Shown piece by piece: positions 26,901-41,900 of a stretch of 48,303 bases of DNA. The stretch lies in the NCBI GenBank assembly GCA_032718475.1, contig JAUCBJ010006423.1, positions 1 through 48,303 of the forward strand, read 5' to 3'. Position 1 is the stretch's first letter, and the number at the start of each line of letters is the position of its first letter. Both the position numbers and the translations under genes were made by a program. The notes beneath the pieces were generated by a model. It saw nothing but the letters and a program-made list of their open reading frames with translations. It made no database searches and had not been told where the DNA came from. Origin of the DNA: Nemertoderma westbladi (Eukaryota; Animalia; Xenacoelomorpha).

Positions 26901-29900
26901 GTTTACGGACAGAACCATGCGAGTAACACGTGAGTTTACGGACAGAACCATGCGAGTAACACGTGAGTCTACGGACAGAACCATGCGAGTAACACGTGAG
27001 TTTACGGACAGAACCATGCGAGTAACACGTGAGTTTACGGACAGAACCATGCGAGTAACACGTGAGTATACGGACAGAACCATGCGAGTAACACGTGAGT
27101 ATACGGACAGAACCATGCGAGTAACACGTGAGTCTACGGACAGAACCATGCGAGTAACACGTGAGTCTACGGACAGAACCATGCGAGTAACACGTGAGTC
27201 TACGGACAGAACCATGCGAGTAACACGTGAGTCTACGGACAGAACCATGCGAGTAACACGTGAGTCTACGGACAGAACCATGCGAGTAACACGTGAGTTT
27301 ACGGACAGAACCATGCGAGTAACACGTGAGTTTACGGACAGAACCATGCTAGTAACACGTGAGTTTACGGACAGAACCATGCGAGTAACACGTGAGTCTA
27401 CGGACAGAACCATGCGAGTAACACGTGAGTCTACGGACAGAACCATGCGAGTAACACGTGAGTTTACGGACAGAACCATGCGAGTAACACGTGAGTTTAC
27501 GGACAGAACCATGCGAGTAACACGTGAGTCTACGGACAGAACCATGCGAGTAACACGTGAGTTTACGGACAGAACCATGCGAGTAACACGTGAGTTTACG
27601 GACAGAACCATGCGAGTAACACGTGAGTATACGGACAGAACCATGCGAGTAACACGTGAGTATACGGACAGAACCATGCGAGTAACACGTGAGTCTACGG
27701 ACAGAACCATGCGAGTAACACGTGAGTCTACGGACAGAACCATGCGAGTAACACGTGAGTCTACGGACAGAACCATGCGAGTAACACGTGAGTCTACGGA
27801 CAGAACCATGCGAGTAACACGTGAGTTTACGGACAGAACCATGCGAGTAACACGTGAGTTTACGGACAGAACCATGCTAGTAACACGTGAGTTTACGGAC
27901 AGAACCATGCGAGTAACACGTGAGTCTACGGACAGAACCATGCGAGTAACACGTGAGTTTACGGACAGAACCATGCGAGTAACACGTGAGTTTACGGACA
28001 GAACCATGCGAGTAACACGTGAGTATACGGACAGAACCATGCGAGTAACACGTGAGTATACGGACAGAACCATGCGAGTAACACGTGAGTTTACGGACAG
28101 AACCATGCGAGTAACACGTGAGTTTACGGACAGAACCATGCGAGTAACACGTGAGTTTACGGACAGAACCATGCGAGTAACACGTGAGTTTACGGACAGA
28201 ACCATGCTAGCAACACGTGAGTTTACGGACAGAACCATGCGAGTAACACGTGAGTCTGAGTCTACGGACAGAACCATGCGAGTAACACGTGAGTTTACGG
28301 ACAGAACCATGCGAGTAACACGTGAGTCTGGACTACGGACAGAACCATGCGAGTAACACGTGAGTCTGAGTCTACGGACAGAACCATGCGAGTAACACGT
28401 GAGTTTACGGACAGAACCATGCGAGTAACACGTGAGTCTACGGACAGAACCATGCGAGTAACACGTGAGTCTGAGTCTACGGACAGAACCATGCGAGTAA
28501 CACGTGAGTCTACGGACAGAACCATGCGAGTAACACGTGAGTTTACGGACAGAACCATGCGAGTAACACGTGAGTCTGAGTCTACGGACAGAACCATGCG
28601 AGTAACACGTGAGTCTACGGACAGAACCATGCGAGTAACACGTGAGTCTACGGACAGAACCATGCGAGTAACACGTGAGTCTACGGACAGAACCATGCGA
28701 GTAACACGTGAGTCTACGGACAGAACCATGCGAGTAACACGTGAGTTTACGGACAGAACCATGCGAGTAACACGTGAGTTTACGGACAGAACCATGCGAG
28801 TAACACGTGAGTCTACGGACAGAACCATGCGAGTAACACGTGAGTTTACGGACAGAACCATGCGAGTAACACGTGAGTTTACGGACAGAACCATGCGAGT
28901 AACACGTGAGTCTACGGACAGAACCATGCGAGTAACACGTGAGTATACGGACAGAACCATGCGAGTAACACGTGAGTCTACGGACAGAACCATGCGAGTA
29001 ACACGTGAGTCTACGGACAGAACCATGCGAGTAACACGTGAGTCTACGGACAGAACCATGCGAGTAACACGTGAGTCTACGGACAGAACCATGCGAGTAA
29101 CACGTGAGTCTACGGACAGAACCATGCGAGTAACACGTGAGTTTACGGACAGAACCATGCGAGTAACACGTGAGTTTACGGACAGAACCATGCTAGTAAC
29201 ACGTGAGTTTACGGACAGAACCATGCGAGTAACACGTGAGTCTACGGACAGAACCATGCGAGTAACACGTGAGTCTACGGACAGAACCATGCGAGTAACA
29301 CGTGAGTTTACGGACAGAACCATGCGAGTAACACGTGAGTTTACGGACAGAACCATGCGAGTAACACGTGAGTCTACGGACAGAACCATGCGAGTAACAC
29401 GTGAGTTTACGGACAGAACCATGCGAGTAACACGTGAGTTTACGGACAGAACCATGCGAGTAACACGTGAGTATACGGACAGAACCATGCGAGTAACACG
29501 TGAGTATACGGACAGAACCATGCGAGTAACACGTGAGTCTACGGACAGAACCATGCGAGTAACACGTGAGTCTACGGACAGAACCATGCGAGTAACACGT
29601 GAGTCTGCGGACAGAACCATGCGAGTAACACGTGAGTCTACGGACAGAACCATGCGAGTAACACGTGAGTCTACGGACAGAACCATGCGAGTAACACGTG
29701 AGTTTACGGACAGAACCATGCGAGTAACACGTGAGTTTACGGACAGAACCATGCTAGTAACACGTGAGTTTACGGACAGAACCATGCGAGTAACACGTGA
29801 GTCTACGGACAGAACCATGCGAGTAACACGTGAGTTTACGGACAGAACCATGCGAGTAACACGTGAGTTTACGGACAGAACCATGCGAGTAACACGTGAG

Positions 29901-32900
29901 TATACGGACAGAACCATGCGAGTAACACGTGAGTATACGGACAGAACCATGCGAGTAACACGTGAGTTTACGGACAGAACCATGCGAGTAACACGTGAGT
30001 TTACGGACAGAACCATGCGAGTAACACGTGAGTCTACGGACAGAACCATGCGAGTAACACGTGAGTCTACGGACAGAACCATGCGAGTAACACGTGAGTC
30101 TACGGACAGAACCATGCGAGTAACACGTGAGTTTACGGACAGAACCATGCGAGTAACACGTGAGTTTACGGACAGAACCATGCTAGTAACACGTGAGTTT
30201 ACGGACAGAACCATGCGAGTAACACGTGAGTCTACGGACAGAACCATGCGAGTAACACGTGAGTCTACGGACAGAACCATGCGAGTAACACGTGAGTTTA
30301 CGGACAGAACCATGCGAGTAACACGTGAGTTTACGGACAGAACCATGCTAGCAACACGTGAGTTTACGGACAGAACCATGCGAGTAACACGTGAGTCTGA
30401 GTCTACGGACAGAACCATGCGAGTAACACGTGAGTTTACGGACAGAACCATGCGAGTAACACGTGAGTCTGAGACTACGGACAGAACCATGCGAGTAACA
30501 CGTGAGTCTACGGACAGAACCATGCGAGTAACACGTGAGTCTACGGACAGAACCATGCGAGTAACACGTGAGTCTACGGACAGAACCATGCGAGTAACAC
30601 GTGAGTCTGAGTCTACGGACAGAACCATGCGAGTAACACGTGAGTATACGGACAGAACCATGCGAGTAACACGTGAGTCTGAGTCTACGGACAGAACCAT
30701 GCGAGTAACACGTGAGTCTACGGACAGAACCATGCGAGTAACACGTGAGTCTACGGACAGAACCATGCGAGTAACACGTGAGTTTACGGACAGAACCATG
30801 CGAGTAACACGTGAGTCTGAGTCTACGGACAGAACCATGCGAGTAACACGTGAGTATACGGACAGAACCATGCGAGTAACACGTGAGTCTGAGTCTACGG
30901 ACAGAACCATGCGAGTAACACGTGAGTTTACGGACAGAACCATGCGAGTAACACGTGAGTCTACGGACAGAACAATGCGAGTAACACGTGAGTTTACGGA
31001 CAGAACCATGCGAGTAACACGTGAGTTTACGGACAGAACCATGCGAGTAACACGTGAGTCTACGGACAGAACCATGCGAGTAACACGTGAGTTTACGGAC
31101 AGAACCATGCGAGTAACACGTGAGTTTACGGACAGAACCATGCGAGTAACACGTGAGTTTACGGACAGAACCATGCGAGTAACACGTGAGTTTACGGACA
31201 GAACCATGCGAGTAACACGTGAGTCTACGGACAGAACCATGCGAGTAACACGTGAGTTTACGGACAGAACCATGCGAGTAACACGTGAGTTTACGGACAG
31301 AACCATGCGAGTAACACGTGAGTATACGGACAGAACCATGCGAGTAACACGTGAGTATACGGACAGAACCATGCGAGTAACACGTGAGTCTACGGACAGA
31401 ACCATGCGAGTAACACGTGAGTCTACGGACAGAACCATGCGAGTAACACGTGAGTCTGCGGACAGAACCATGCGAGTAACACGTGAGTCTACGGACAGAA
31501 CCATGCGAGTAACACGTGAGTCTACGGACAGAACCATGCGAGTAACACGTGAGTTTACGGACAGAACCATGCGAGTAACACGTGAGTTTACGGACAGAAC
31601 CATGCTAGTAACACGTGAGTTTACGGACAGAACCATGCGAGTAACACGTGAGTCTACGGACAGAACCATGCGAGTAACACGTGAGTCTACGGACAGAACC
31701 ATGCGAGTAACACGTGAGTTTACGGACAGAACCATGCGAGTAACACGTGAGTCTACGGACAGAACCATGCGAGTAACACGTGAGTCTACGGACAGAACCA
31801 TGCGAGTAACACGTGAGTCTACGGACAGAACCATGCGAGTAACACGTGAGTCTACGGACAGAACCATGCGAGTAACACGTGAGTCTACGGACAGAACCAT
31901 GCGAGTAACACGTGAGTTTACGGACAGAACCATGCGAGTAACACGTGAGTTTACGGACAGAACCATGCTAGTAACACGTGAGTTTACGGACAGAACCATG
32001 CGAGTAACACGTGAGTCTACGGACAGAACCATGCGAGTAACACGTGAGTCTACGGACAGAACCATGCGAGTAACACGTGAGTTTACGGACAGAACCATGC
32101 GAGTAACACGTGAGTTTACGGACAGAACCATGCGAGTAACACGTGAGTCTGAGTCTACGGACAGAACCATGCGAGTAACACGTGAGTATACGGACAGAAC
32201 CATGCGAGTAACACGTGAGTCTGAGTCTACGGACAGAACCATGCGAGTAACACGTGAGTTTACGGACAGAACCATGCGAGTAACACGTGAGTCTACGGAC
32301 AGAACCATGCGAGTAACACGTGAGTTTACGGACAGAACCATGCGAGTAACACGTGAGTTTACGGACAGAACCATGCGAGTAACACGTGAGTCTACGGACA
32401 GAACCATGCGAGTAACACGTGAGTTTACGGACAGAACCATGCGAGTAACACGTGAGTTTACGGACAGAACCATGCGAGTAACACGTGAGTTTACGGACAG
32501 AACCATGCGAGTAACACGTGAGTTTACGGACAGAACCATGCGAGTAACACGTGAGTCTACGGACAGAACCATGCGAGTAACACGTGAGTTTACGGACAGA
32601 ACCATGCGAGTAACACGTGAGTTTACGGACAGAACCATGCGAGTAACACGTGAGTATACGGACAGAACCATGCGAGTAACACGTGAGTATACGGACAGAA
32701 CCATGCGAGTAACACGTGAGTCTACGGACAGAACCATGCGAGTAACACGTGAGTCTACGGACAGAACCATGCGAGTAACACGTGAGTCTACGGACAGAAC
32801 CATGCGAGTAACACGTGAGTCTACGGACAGAACCATGCGAGTAACACGTGAGTCTACGGACAGAACCATGCGAGTAACACGTGAGTTTACGGACAGAACC

Positions 32901-35900
32901 ATGCGAGTAACACGTGAGTTTACGGACAGAACCATGCTAGTAACACGTGAGTTTACGGACAGAACCATGCGAGTAACACGTGAGTCTACGGACAGAACCA
33001 TGCGAGTAACACGTGAGTCTACGGACAGAACCATGCGAGTAACACGTGAGTTTACGGACAGAACCATGCGAGTAACACGTGAGTTTACGGACAGAACCAT
33101 GCGAGTAACACGTGAGTCTACGGACAGAACCATGCGAGTAACACGTGAGTTTACGGACAGAACCATGCGAGTAACACGTGAGTTTACGGACAGAACCATG
33201 CGAGTAACACGTGAGTATACGGACAGAACCATGCGAGTAACACGTGAGTATACGGACAGAACCATGCGAGTAACACGTGATTCTACGGACAGAACCATGC
33301 GAGTAACACGTGAGTCTACGGACAGAACCATGCGAGTAACACGTGAGTCTGCGGACAGAACCATGCGAGTAACACGTGAGTCTACGGACAGAACCATGCG
33401 AGTAACACGTGAGTCTACGGACAGAACCATGCGAGTAACACGTGAGTTTACGGACAGAACCATGCGAGTAACACGTGAGTTTACGGACAGAACCATGCTA
33501 GTAACACGTGAGTTTACGGACAGAACCATGCGAGTAACACGTGAGTCTACGGACAGAACCATGCGAGTAACACGTGAGTTTACGGACATAACCATGCGAG
33601 TAACACGTGAGTTTACGGACAGAACCATGCGAGTAACACGTGAGTATACGGACAGAACCATGCGAGTAACACGTGAGTATACGGACAGAACCATGCGAGT
33701 AACACGTGAGTTTACGGACAGAACCATGCGAGTAACACGTGAGTTTACGGACAGAACCATGCGAGTAACACGTGAGTTTACGGACAGAACCATGCGAGTA
33801 ACACGTGAGTTTACGGACAGAACCATGCTAGCAACACGTGAGTTTACGGACAGAACCATGCGAGTAACACGTGAGTCTGAGTCTACGGACAGAACCATGC
33901 GAGTAACACGTGAGTTTACGGACAGAACCATGCGAGTAACACGTGAGTCTGAGACTACGGACAGAACCATGCGAGTAACACGTGAGTCTGAGTCTACGGA
34001 CAGAACCATGCGAGTAACACGTGAGTTTACGGACAGAACCATGCGAGTAACACGTGAGTCTACGGACAGAACCATGCGAGTAACACGTGAGTCTGAGTCT
34101 ACGGACAGAACCATGCGAGTAACACGTGAGTCTACGGACAGAACCATGCGAGTAACACGTGAGTTTACGGACAGAACCATGCGAGTAACACGTGAGTCTG
34201 AGTCTACGGACAGAACCATGCGAGTAACACGTGAGTCTACGGACAGAACCATGCGAGTAACACGTGAGTCTACGGACAGAACCATGCGAGTAACACGTGA
34301 GTCTACGGACAGAACCATGCGAGTAACTCGTGAGTCTACGGACAGAACCATGCGAGTAACACGTGAGTTTACGGACAGAACCATGCGAGTAACACGTGAG
34401 TTTACGGACAGAACCATGCGAGTAACACGTGAGTCTACGGACAGAACCATGCGAGTAACACGTGAGTTTACGGACAGAACCATGCGAGTAACACGTGAGT
34501 TTACGGACAGAACCATGCGAGTAACACGTGAGTCTACGGACAGAACCATGCGAGTAACACGTGAGTATACGGACAGAACCATGCGAGTAACACGTGAGTC
34601 TACGGACAGAACCATGCGAGTAACACGTGAGTCTACGGACAGAACCATGCGAGTAACACGTGAGTCTACGGACAGAACCATGCGAGTAACACGTGAGTCT
34701 ACGGACAGAACCATGCGAGTAACACGTGAGTCTACGGACAGAACCATGCGAGTAACACGTGAGTTTACGGACAGAACCATGCGAGTAACACGTGAGTTTA
34801 CGGACAGAACCATGCTAGTAACACGTGAGTTTACGGACAGAACCATGCGAGTAACACGTGAGTCTACGGACAGAACCATGCGAGTAACACGTGAGTCTAC
34901 GGACAGAACCATGCGAGTAACACGTGAGTTTACGGACAGAACCATGCGAGTAACACGTGAGTTTACGGACAGAACCATGCGAGTAACACGTGAGTCTACG
35001 GACAGAACCATGCGAGTAACACGTGAGTTTACGGACAGAACCATGCGAGTAACACGTGAGTTTACGGACAGAACCATGCGAGTAACACGTGAGTATACGG
35101 ACAGAACCATGCGAGTAACACGTGAGTATACGGACAGAACCATGCGAGTAACACGTGAGTCTACGGACAGAACCATGCGAGTAACACGTGAGTCTACGGA
35201 CAGAACCATGCGAGTAACACGTGAGTCTGCGGACAGAACCATGCGAGTAACACGTGAGTCTACGGACAGAACCATGCGAGTAACACGTGAGTCTACGGAC
35301 AGAACCATGCGAGTAACACGTGAGTTTACGGACAGAACCATGCGAGTAACACGTGAGTTTACGGACAGAACCATGCTAGTAACACGTGAGTTTACGGACA
35401 GAACCATGCGAGTAACACGTGAGTCTACGGACAGAACCATGCGAGTAACACGTGAGTTTACGGACATAACCATGCGAGTAACACGTGAGTTTACGGACAG
35501 AACCATGCGAGTAACACGTGAGTATACGGACAGAACCATGCGAGTAACACGTGAGTATACGGACAGAACCATGCGAGTAACACGTGAGTTTACGGACAGA
35601 ACCATGCGAGTAACACGTGAGTTTACGGACAGAACCATGCGAGTAACACGTGAGTCTACGGACAGAACCATGCGAGTAACACGTGAGTCTACGGACAGAA
35701 CCATGCGAGTAACACGTGAGTCTACGGACAGAACCATGCGAGTAACACGTGAGTTTACGGACAGAACCATGCGAGTAACACGTGAGTTTACGGACAGAAC
35801 CATGCTAGTAACACGTGAGTTTACGGACAGAACCATGCGAGTAACACGTGAGTCTACGGACAGAACCATGCGAGTAACACGTGAGTCTACGGACAGAACC

Positions 35901-38900
35901 ATGCGAGTAACACGTGAGTTTACGGACAGAACCATGCGAGTAACACGTGAGTTTACGGACAGAACCATGCTAGCAACACGTGAGTTTACGGACAGAACCA
36001 TGCGAGTAACACGTGAGTCTGAGTCTACGGACAGAACCATGCGAGTAACACGTGAGTTTACGGACAGAACCATGCGAGTAACACGTGAGTCTGAGACTAC
36101 GGACAGAACCATGCGAGTAACACGTGAGTCTGAGTCTACGGACAGAACCATGCGAGTAACACGTGAGTTTACGGACAGAACCATGCGAGTAACACGTGAG
36201 TCTACGGACAGAACCATGCGAGTAACACGTGAGTCTGAGTCTACGGACAGAACCATGCGAGTAACACGTGAGTCTACGGACAGAACCATGCGAGTAACAC
36301 GTGAGTTTACGGACAGAACCATGCGAGTAACACGTGAGTCTGAGTCTACGGACACAACCATGCGAGTAACACGTGAGTTTACGGACAGAACCATGCGAGT
36401 AACACGTGAGTTTACGGACAGAACCATGCGAGTAACACGTGAGTATACGGAAAGAACCATGCGAGTAACACGTGAGTCTACGGACAGAACCATGCGAGTA
36501 ACACGTGAGTCTGAGTCTACGGACAGAACCATGCGAGTAACACGTGAGTTTACGGACAGAACCATGCGAGTAACACGTGAGTTTACGGACAGAACCATGC
36601 GAGTAACACGTGAGTCTACGGACAGAACCATGCGAGTAACACGTGAGTCTACGGACAGAACCATGCGAGTAACACGTGAGTCTGAGTCTACGGACAGAAC
36701 CATGCGAGTAACACGTGAGTCTGAGTCTACGGACAGAACCATGCGAGTAACACGTGAGTCTGAGTCTACGGACAGAACCATGCGAGTAACACGTGAGTCT
36801 GAGTCTACGGACAGAACCATGCGAGTAACACGTGAGTCTGAGTCTACGGACAGAACCATGCGAGTAACACGTGAGTCTGAGTCTACGGACAGAACCATGC
36901 GAGTAACACGTGAGTTTACGGACAGAACCATGCGAGTAACACGTGAGTTTACGGACAGAACCATGCGAGTAACACGTGAGTCTACGGACAGAACCATGCG
37001 AGTAACACGTGAGTCTGAGTCTACGGACAGAACCATGCGAGTAACACGTGAGTTTACGGACAGAACCATGCGAGTAACACGTGAGTTTACGGACAGAACC
37101 ATGCGAGTAACACGTGAGTCTACGGACAGAACCATGCGAGTAACACGTGAGTCTGAGTCTACGGACAGAACCATGCGAGTAACACGTGAGTTTACGGACA
37201 GAACCATGCGAGTAACACGTGAGTTTACGGACAGAACCATGCGATTAACACGTGAGTCTACGGACAGAACCATGCGAGTAACACGTGAGTCTACGGACAG
37301 AACCATGCGAGTAACACGTGAGTCTGAGTTTACGGACAGAACCATGCGAGTAACACGTGAGTCTGAGTCTACGGACAGAACCATGCGAGTAACACGTGAG
37401 TCTACGGACAGAACCATGCGAGTAACACGTGAGTCTGAGTCTACGGACAGAACCATGCGAGTAACACGTGAGTCTGAGTCTACGGACAGAACCATGCGAG
37501 TAACACGTGAGTCTGAGTCTACGGACAGAACCATGCGAGTAACACGTGAGTCTGAGTCTACGGACAGAACCATGCGAGTAACACGTGAGTTTACGGACAG
37601 AACCATGCGAGTAACACGTGAGTTTACGGACAGAACCATGCGAGTAACACGTGAGTCTACGGACAGAACCATGCGAGTAACACGTGAGTCTACGGACAGA
37701 ACCATGCGAGTAACACGTGAGTTTACGGACAGAACCATGCGAGTAACACGTGAGTTTACGGACAGAACCATGCGAGTAACACGTGAGTCTACGGACAGAA
37801 CCATGCGAGTAACACGTGAGTCTGAGTCTACGGACAGAACCATGCGAGTAACACGTGAGTCTGAGTCTACGGACAGAACCATGCGAGTAACACGTGAGTC
37901 TGAGTCTACGGACAGAACCATGCGAGTAACACGTGAGTCTGAGTCTACGGACAGAACCATGCGAGTAACACGTGAGTTTACGGACAGAACCATGCGAGTA
38001 ACACGTGAGTCTACGGACAGAACCATGCGAGTAACACGTGAGTCTACGGACAGAACCATGCGAGTAACACGTGAGTTTACGGACAGAACCATGCGAGTAA
38101 CACGTGAGTTTACGGACAGAACCATGCGAGTAACACGTGAGTTTACGGACAGAACCATGCGAGTAACACGTGAGTCTACGGACAGAACCATGCGAGTAAC
38201 ACGTGAGTCTACGGACAGAACCATGCGAGTAACACGTGAGTCTGAGTATACGGAAAGAACCATGCGAGTAACACGTGAGTCTACGGACAGAACCATGCGA
38301 GTAACACGTGAGTCTACGGACAGAACCATGCGAGTAACACGTGAGTCTACGGACAGAACCATGCGAGTAACACGTGAGTCTACGGACAGAACCATGCGAG
38401 TAACACGTGAGTCTGAGTATACGGAAAGAACCATGCGAGTAACACGTGAGTCTACGGACAGAACCATGCGAGTAACACGTGAGTCTACGGACAGAACCAT
38501 GCGAGTAACACGTGAGTTTACGGACAGAACCATGCGAGTAACACGTGAGTCTACGGACAGAACCATGCGAGTAACACGTGAGTCTACGGACAGAACCATG
38601 CGAGTAACACGTGAGTTTACGGACAGAACCATGCGAGTAACACGTGAGTCTACGGACAGAACCATGCGAGTAACACGTGAGTCTACGGACAGAACCATGC
38701 GAGTAACACGTGAGTTTACGGACAGAACCATGCGAGTAACACGTGAGTTTACGGACAGAACCATGCGAGTAACACGTGAGTCTACGGACAGAACCATGCG
38801 AGTAACACGTGAGTCTACGGACAGAACCATGCGAGTAACACGTGAGTCTGAGTATACGGAAAGAACCATGCGAGTAACACGTGAGTCTACGGACAGAACC

Positions 38901-41900
38901 ATGCGAGTAACACGTGAGTTTACGGACAGAACCATGCGAGTAACACGTGAGTCTACGGACAGAACCATGCGAGTAACACGTGAGTCTACGGACAGAACCA
39001 TGCGAGTAACACGTGAGTTTACGGACAGAACCATGCGAGTAACACGTGAGTTTACGGACAGAACCATGCGAGTAACACGTGAGTCTACGGACAGAACCAT
39101 GCGAGTAACACGTGAGTCTGAGTTTACGGACAGAACCATGCGAGTAACACGTGAGTCTGAGTTTACGGACAGAACCATGCGAGTAACACGTGAGTTTACG
39201 GACAGAACCATGCGAGTAACACGTGAGTTTACGGACAGAACCATGCGAGTAACACGTGAGTTTACGGACAGAACCATGCGAGTAACACGTGAGTTTACGG
39301 ACAGAACCATGCGAGTAACACGTGAGTCTACGGACAGAACCATGCGAGTAACACGTGAGTCTACGCCCAGAACCATGCGAGTAACACGTGAGTTTACGGA
39401 CAGAACCATGCGAGTAACACGTGAGTTTACGGACAGAACCATGCGAGTAACACGTGAGTCTACGGACAGAACCATGCGAGTAACACGTGAGTTTACGGAC
39501 AGAACCATGCGAGTAACACGTGAGTTTACGGACAGAACCATGCGAGTAACACGTGAGTTTACGGACAGAACCATGCGAGTAACACGTGAGTCTACGGACA
39601 GAACCATGCGAGTAACACGTGAGTTTACGGACAGAACCATGCGAGTAACACGTGAGTCTACGGACAGAAACATGCTGGTGACACGTGAGTCTGAGTCTAC
39701 GGACAGAACCATGCGAGTAACGCGTGAGTTTACGGACAGAACCATGCGAGTAACACGTGAGTTTACGGACAGAACCATGCGAGTAACACGTGAGTTTACG
39801 GACAGAACCATGCGAGTAACACGTGAGTCTACGGACAGAACCATGCGAGTAACACGTGAGTCTACGCCCAGAACCATGCGAGTAACACGTGAGTTTACGG
39901 ACAGAACCATGCGAGTAACACGTGAGTTTACGGACAGAACCATGCGAGTAACACGTGAGTCTACGGACAGAACCATGCGAGTAACACGTGAGTTTACGGA
40001 CAGAACCATGCGAGTAACACGTGAGTTTACGGACAGAACCATGCGAGTAACACGTGAGTTTACGGACAGAACCATGCGAGTAACACGTGAGTTTACGGAC
40101 AGAACCATGCGAGTAACACGTGAGTCTACGGACAGAACCATGCGAGTAACACGTGAGTTTACGGACAGAACCATGCGAGTAACACGTGAGTCTACGGACA
40201 GAAACATGCTGGTGACACGTGAGTCTGAGTCTACGGACAGAACCATGCGAGTAACGCGTGAGTTTACGGACAGAACCATGCGAGTAACACGTGAGTTTAC
40301 GGACAGAACCATGCGAGTAACACGGGAGTCTGAGTCTACGAATAGAACCATTCGAGTAACACGTGAGTCTGAGTCTACGGATATAACCATGCGAGTAACA
40401 TGTGAGTCTGAGTCTACGGACAGAACCATGTGAGTAACACGTGAGTCTACGGATAGAACCATGCGAGTAACACGTGAGTCTACGGACAGAAACATGCTGG
40501 TGACACGTGAGTCTGAGTCTACGGACAGAACCATGCGAGTAACACGTGAGTTTGAGTCTACTGACAGAACCATGTGAGTAACACGTGAGTCTGAGTCAGC
40601 TACGGACAGAACCATGCGAGTAACACGTGAGTCTGAGTCTACGGACTGAACCATGCGAGTAACACGTGAGTCTGAGTCTACGGACAGAACCATGCGAGTA
40701 ACACGGGAGTCTGAGTCTACGGACAGAACCATGCGAGTAACACGTGAGTCTGATTTTACGGACATAACCATGCTAGTAACACGTGAGTCTACGGACAGAA
40801 CCATGCTAGTAACACGTGAGTCTACGGACAGAACCATGCGAGTAACACGTGAGTCTGAGTCTACGGACATAACCATGCGAGTAAAACGTGAGTCTGAGTC
40901 TACGTACAGAACCATGCTAGTAACACGTGAGTCTGAGTTAACGGACAGAACCATGCGAGTAAAACGTGAGTCTGAGTCTCCGTACAGAACCATGCTAGTA
41001 ACACATGAGTCTGAGTTTACGAACAGAACCATGCGAGTAACATGTGAGTCTGAGTCTACCATGTGAGTAACACGTGAGTCTACGGACAGAGCCATGCTAG
41101 TAACACGTGAGTCTACATACAGAACCATGCGAGTAACACGTGAGTCTACGGACAGAACCATGCGAGTAACACGTGAGCCTGATTCTACGGACAGAACCAT
41201 GCGAGTAACACGTGAATCTACGGACAGAACCATGCGAGTAACACGTGAGTCTGAGTCTACGGACAGAACCATGCGAGTAACACGTGAGTCTACGGACAGA
41301 ACCATGCGAGTATCACGTGAGTCTGAGTCTATGGACAGAACCATGCGAGTAACACGTGAGTCTGAGTCTACGGACAGAACCATGCGAGTAACACGTGAGT
41401 CTGAGTTTATGGACAGAACCATGCGAGTAACACGTGAGTCTGAGTCTACGGACAGAACCATGCGAGTAACACGTGAGTCTGAGTTTATGGACAGAACCAT
41501 GCGAGTAACACGTGAGTCTGAGTCTACGTACAGAACCATGCGAGTAACACGTGAGTCTGAGTCTACGGACAGAACCATTCGAGTAACACGTGAGTCTACG
41601 GACAGAACCATGCGAGTAACACGTGAGTCTGAGTCTACGGATAGAACCATTCGAGTAACACGTGAGTCTGAGTCTACGGACAGAACCATGCGAGTAACAC
41701 GTGAATCTACGAACGGAACCATGCGAGTAACATGTGAGTCTGAGTCTACGGACAGAACCATGCGAGTAACACGTGAGTCTGAGTCTACGGACAGAACCAT
41801 GCGAGTAACACGTGAGTCTGAGTCTACGGACAGAACCATGCGAGTAACACGTGAGTCTGAGTCTAAGGACAGAACCATGCGAGTAACACGTGAGTCTACG

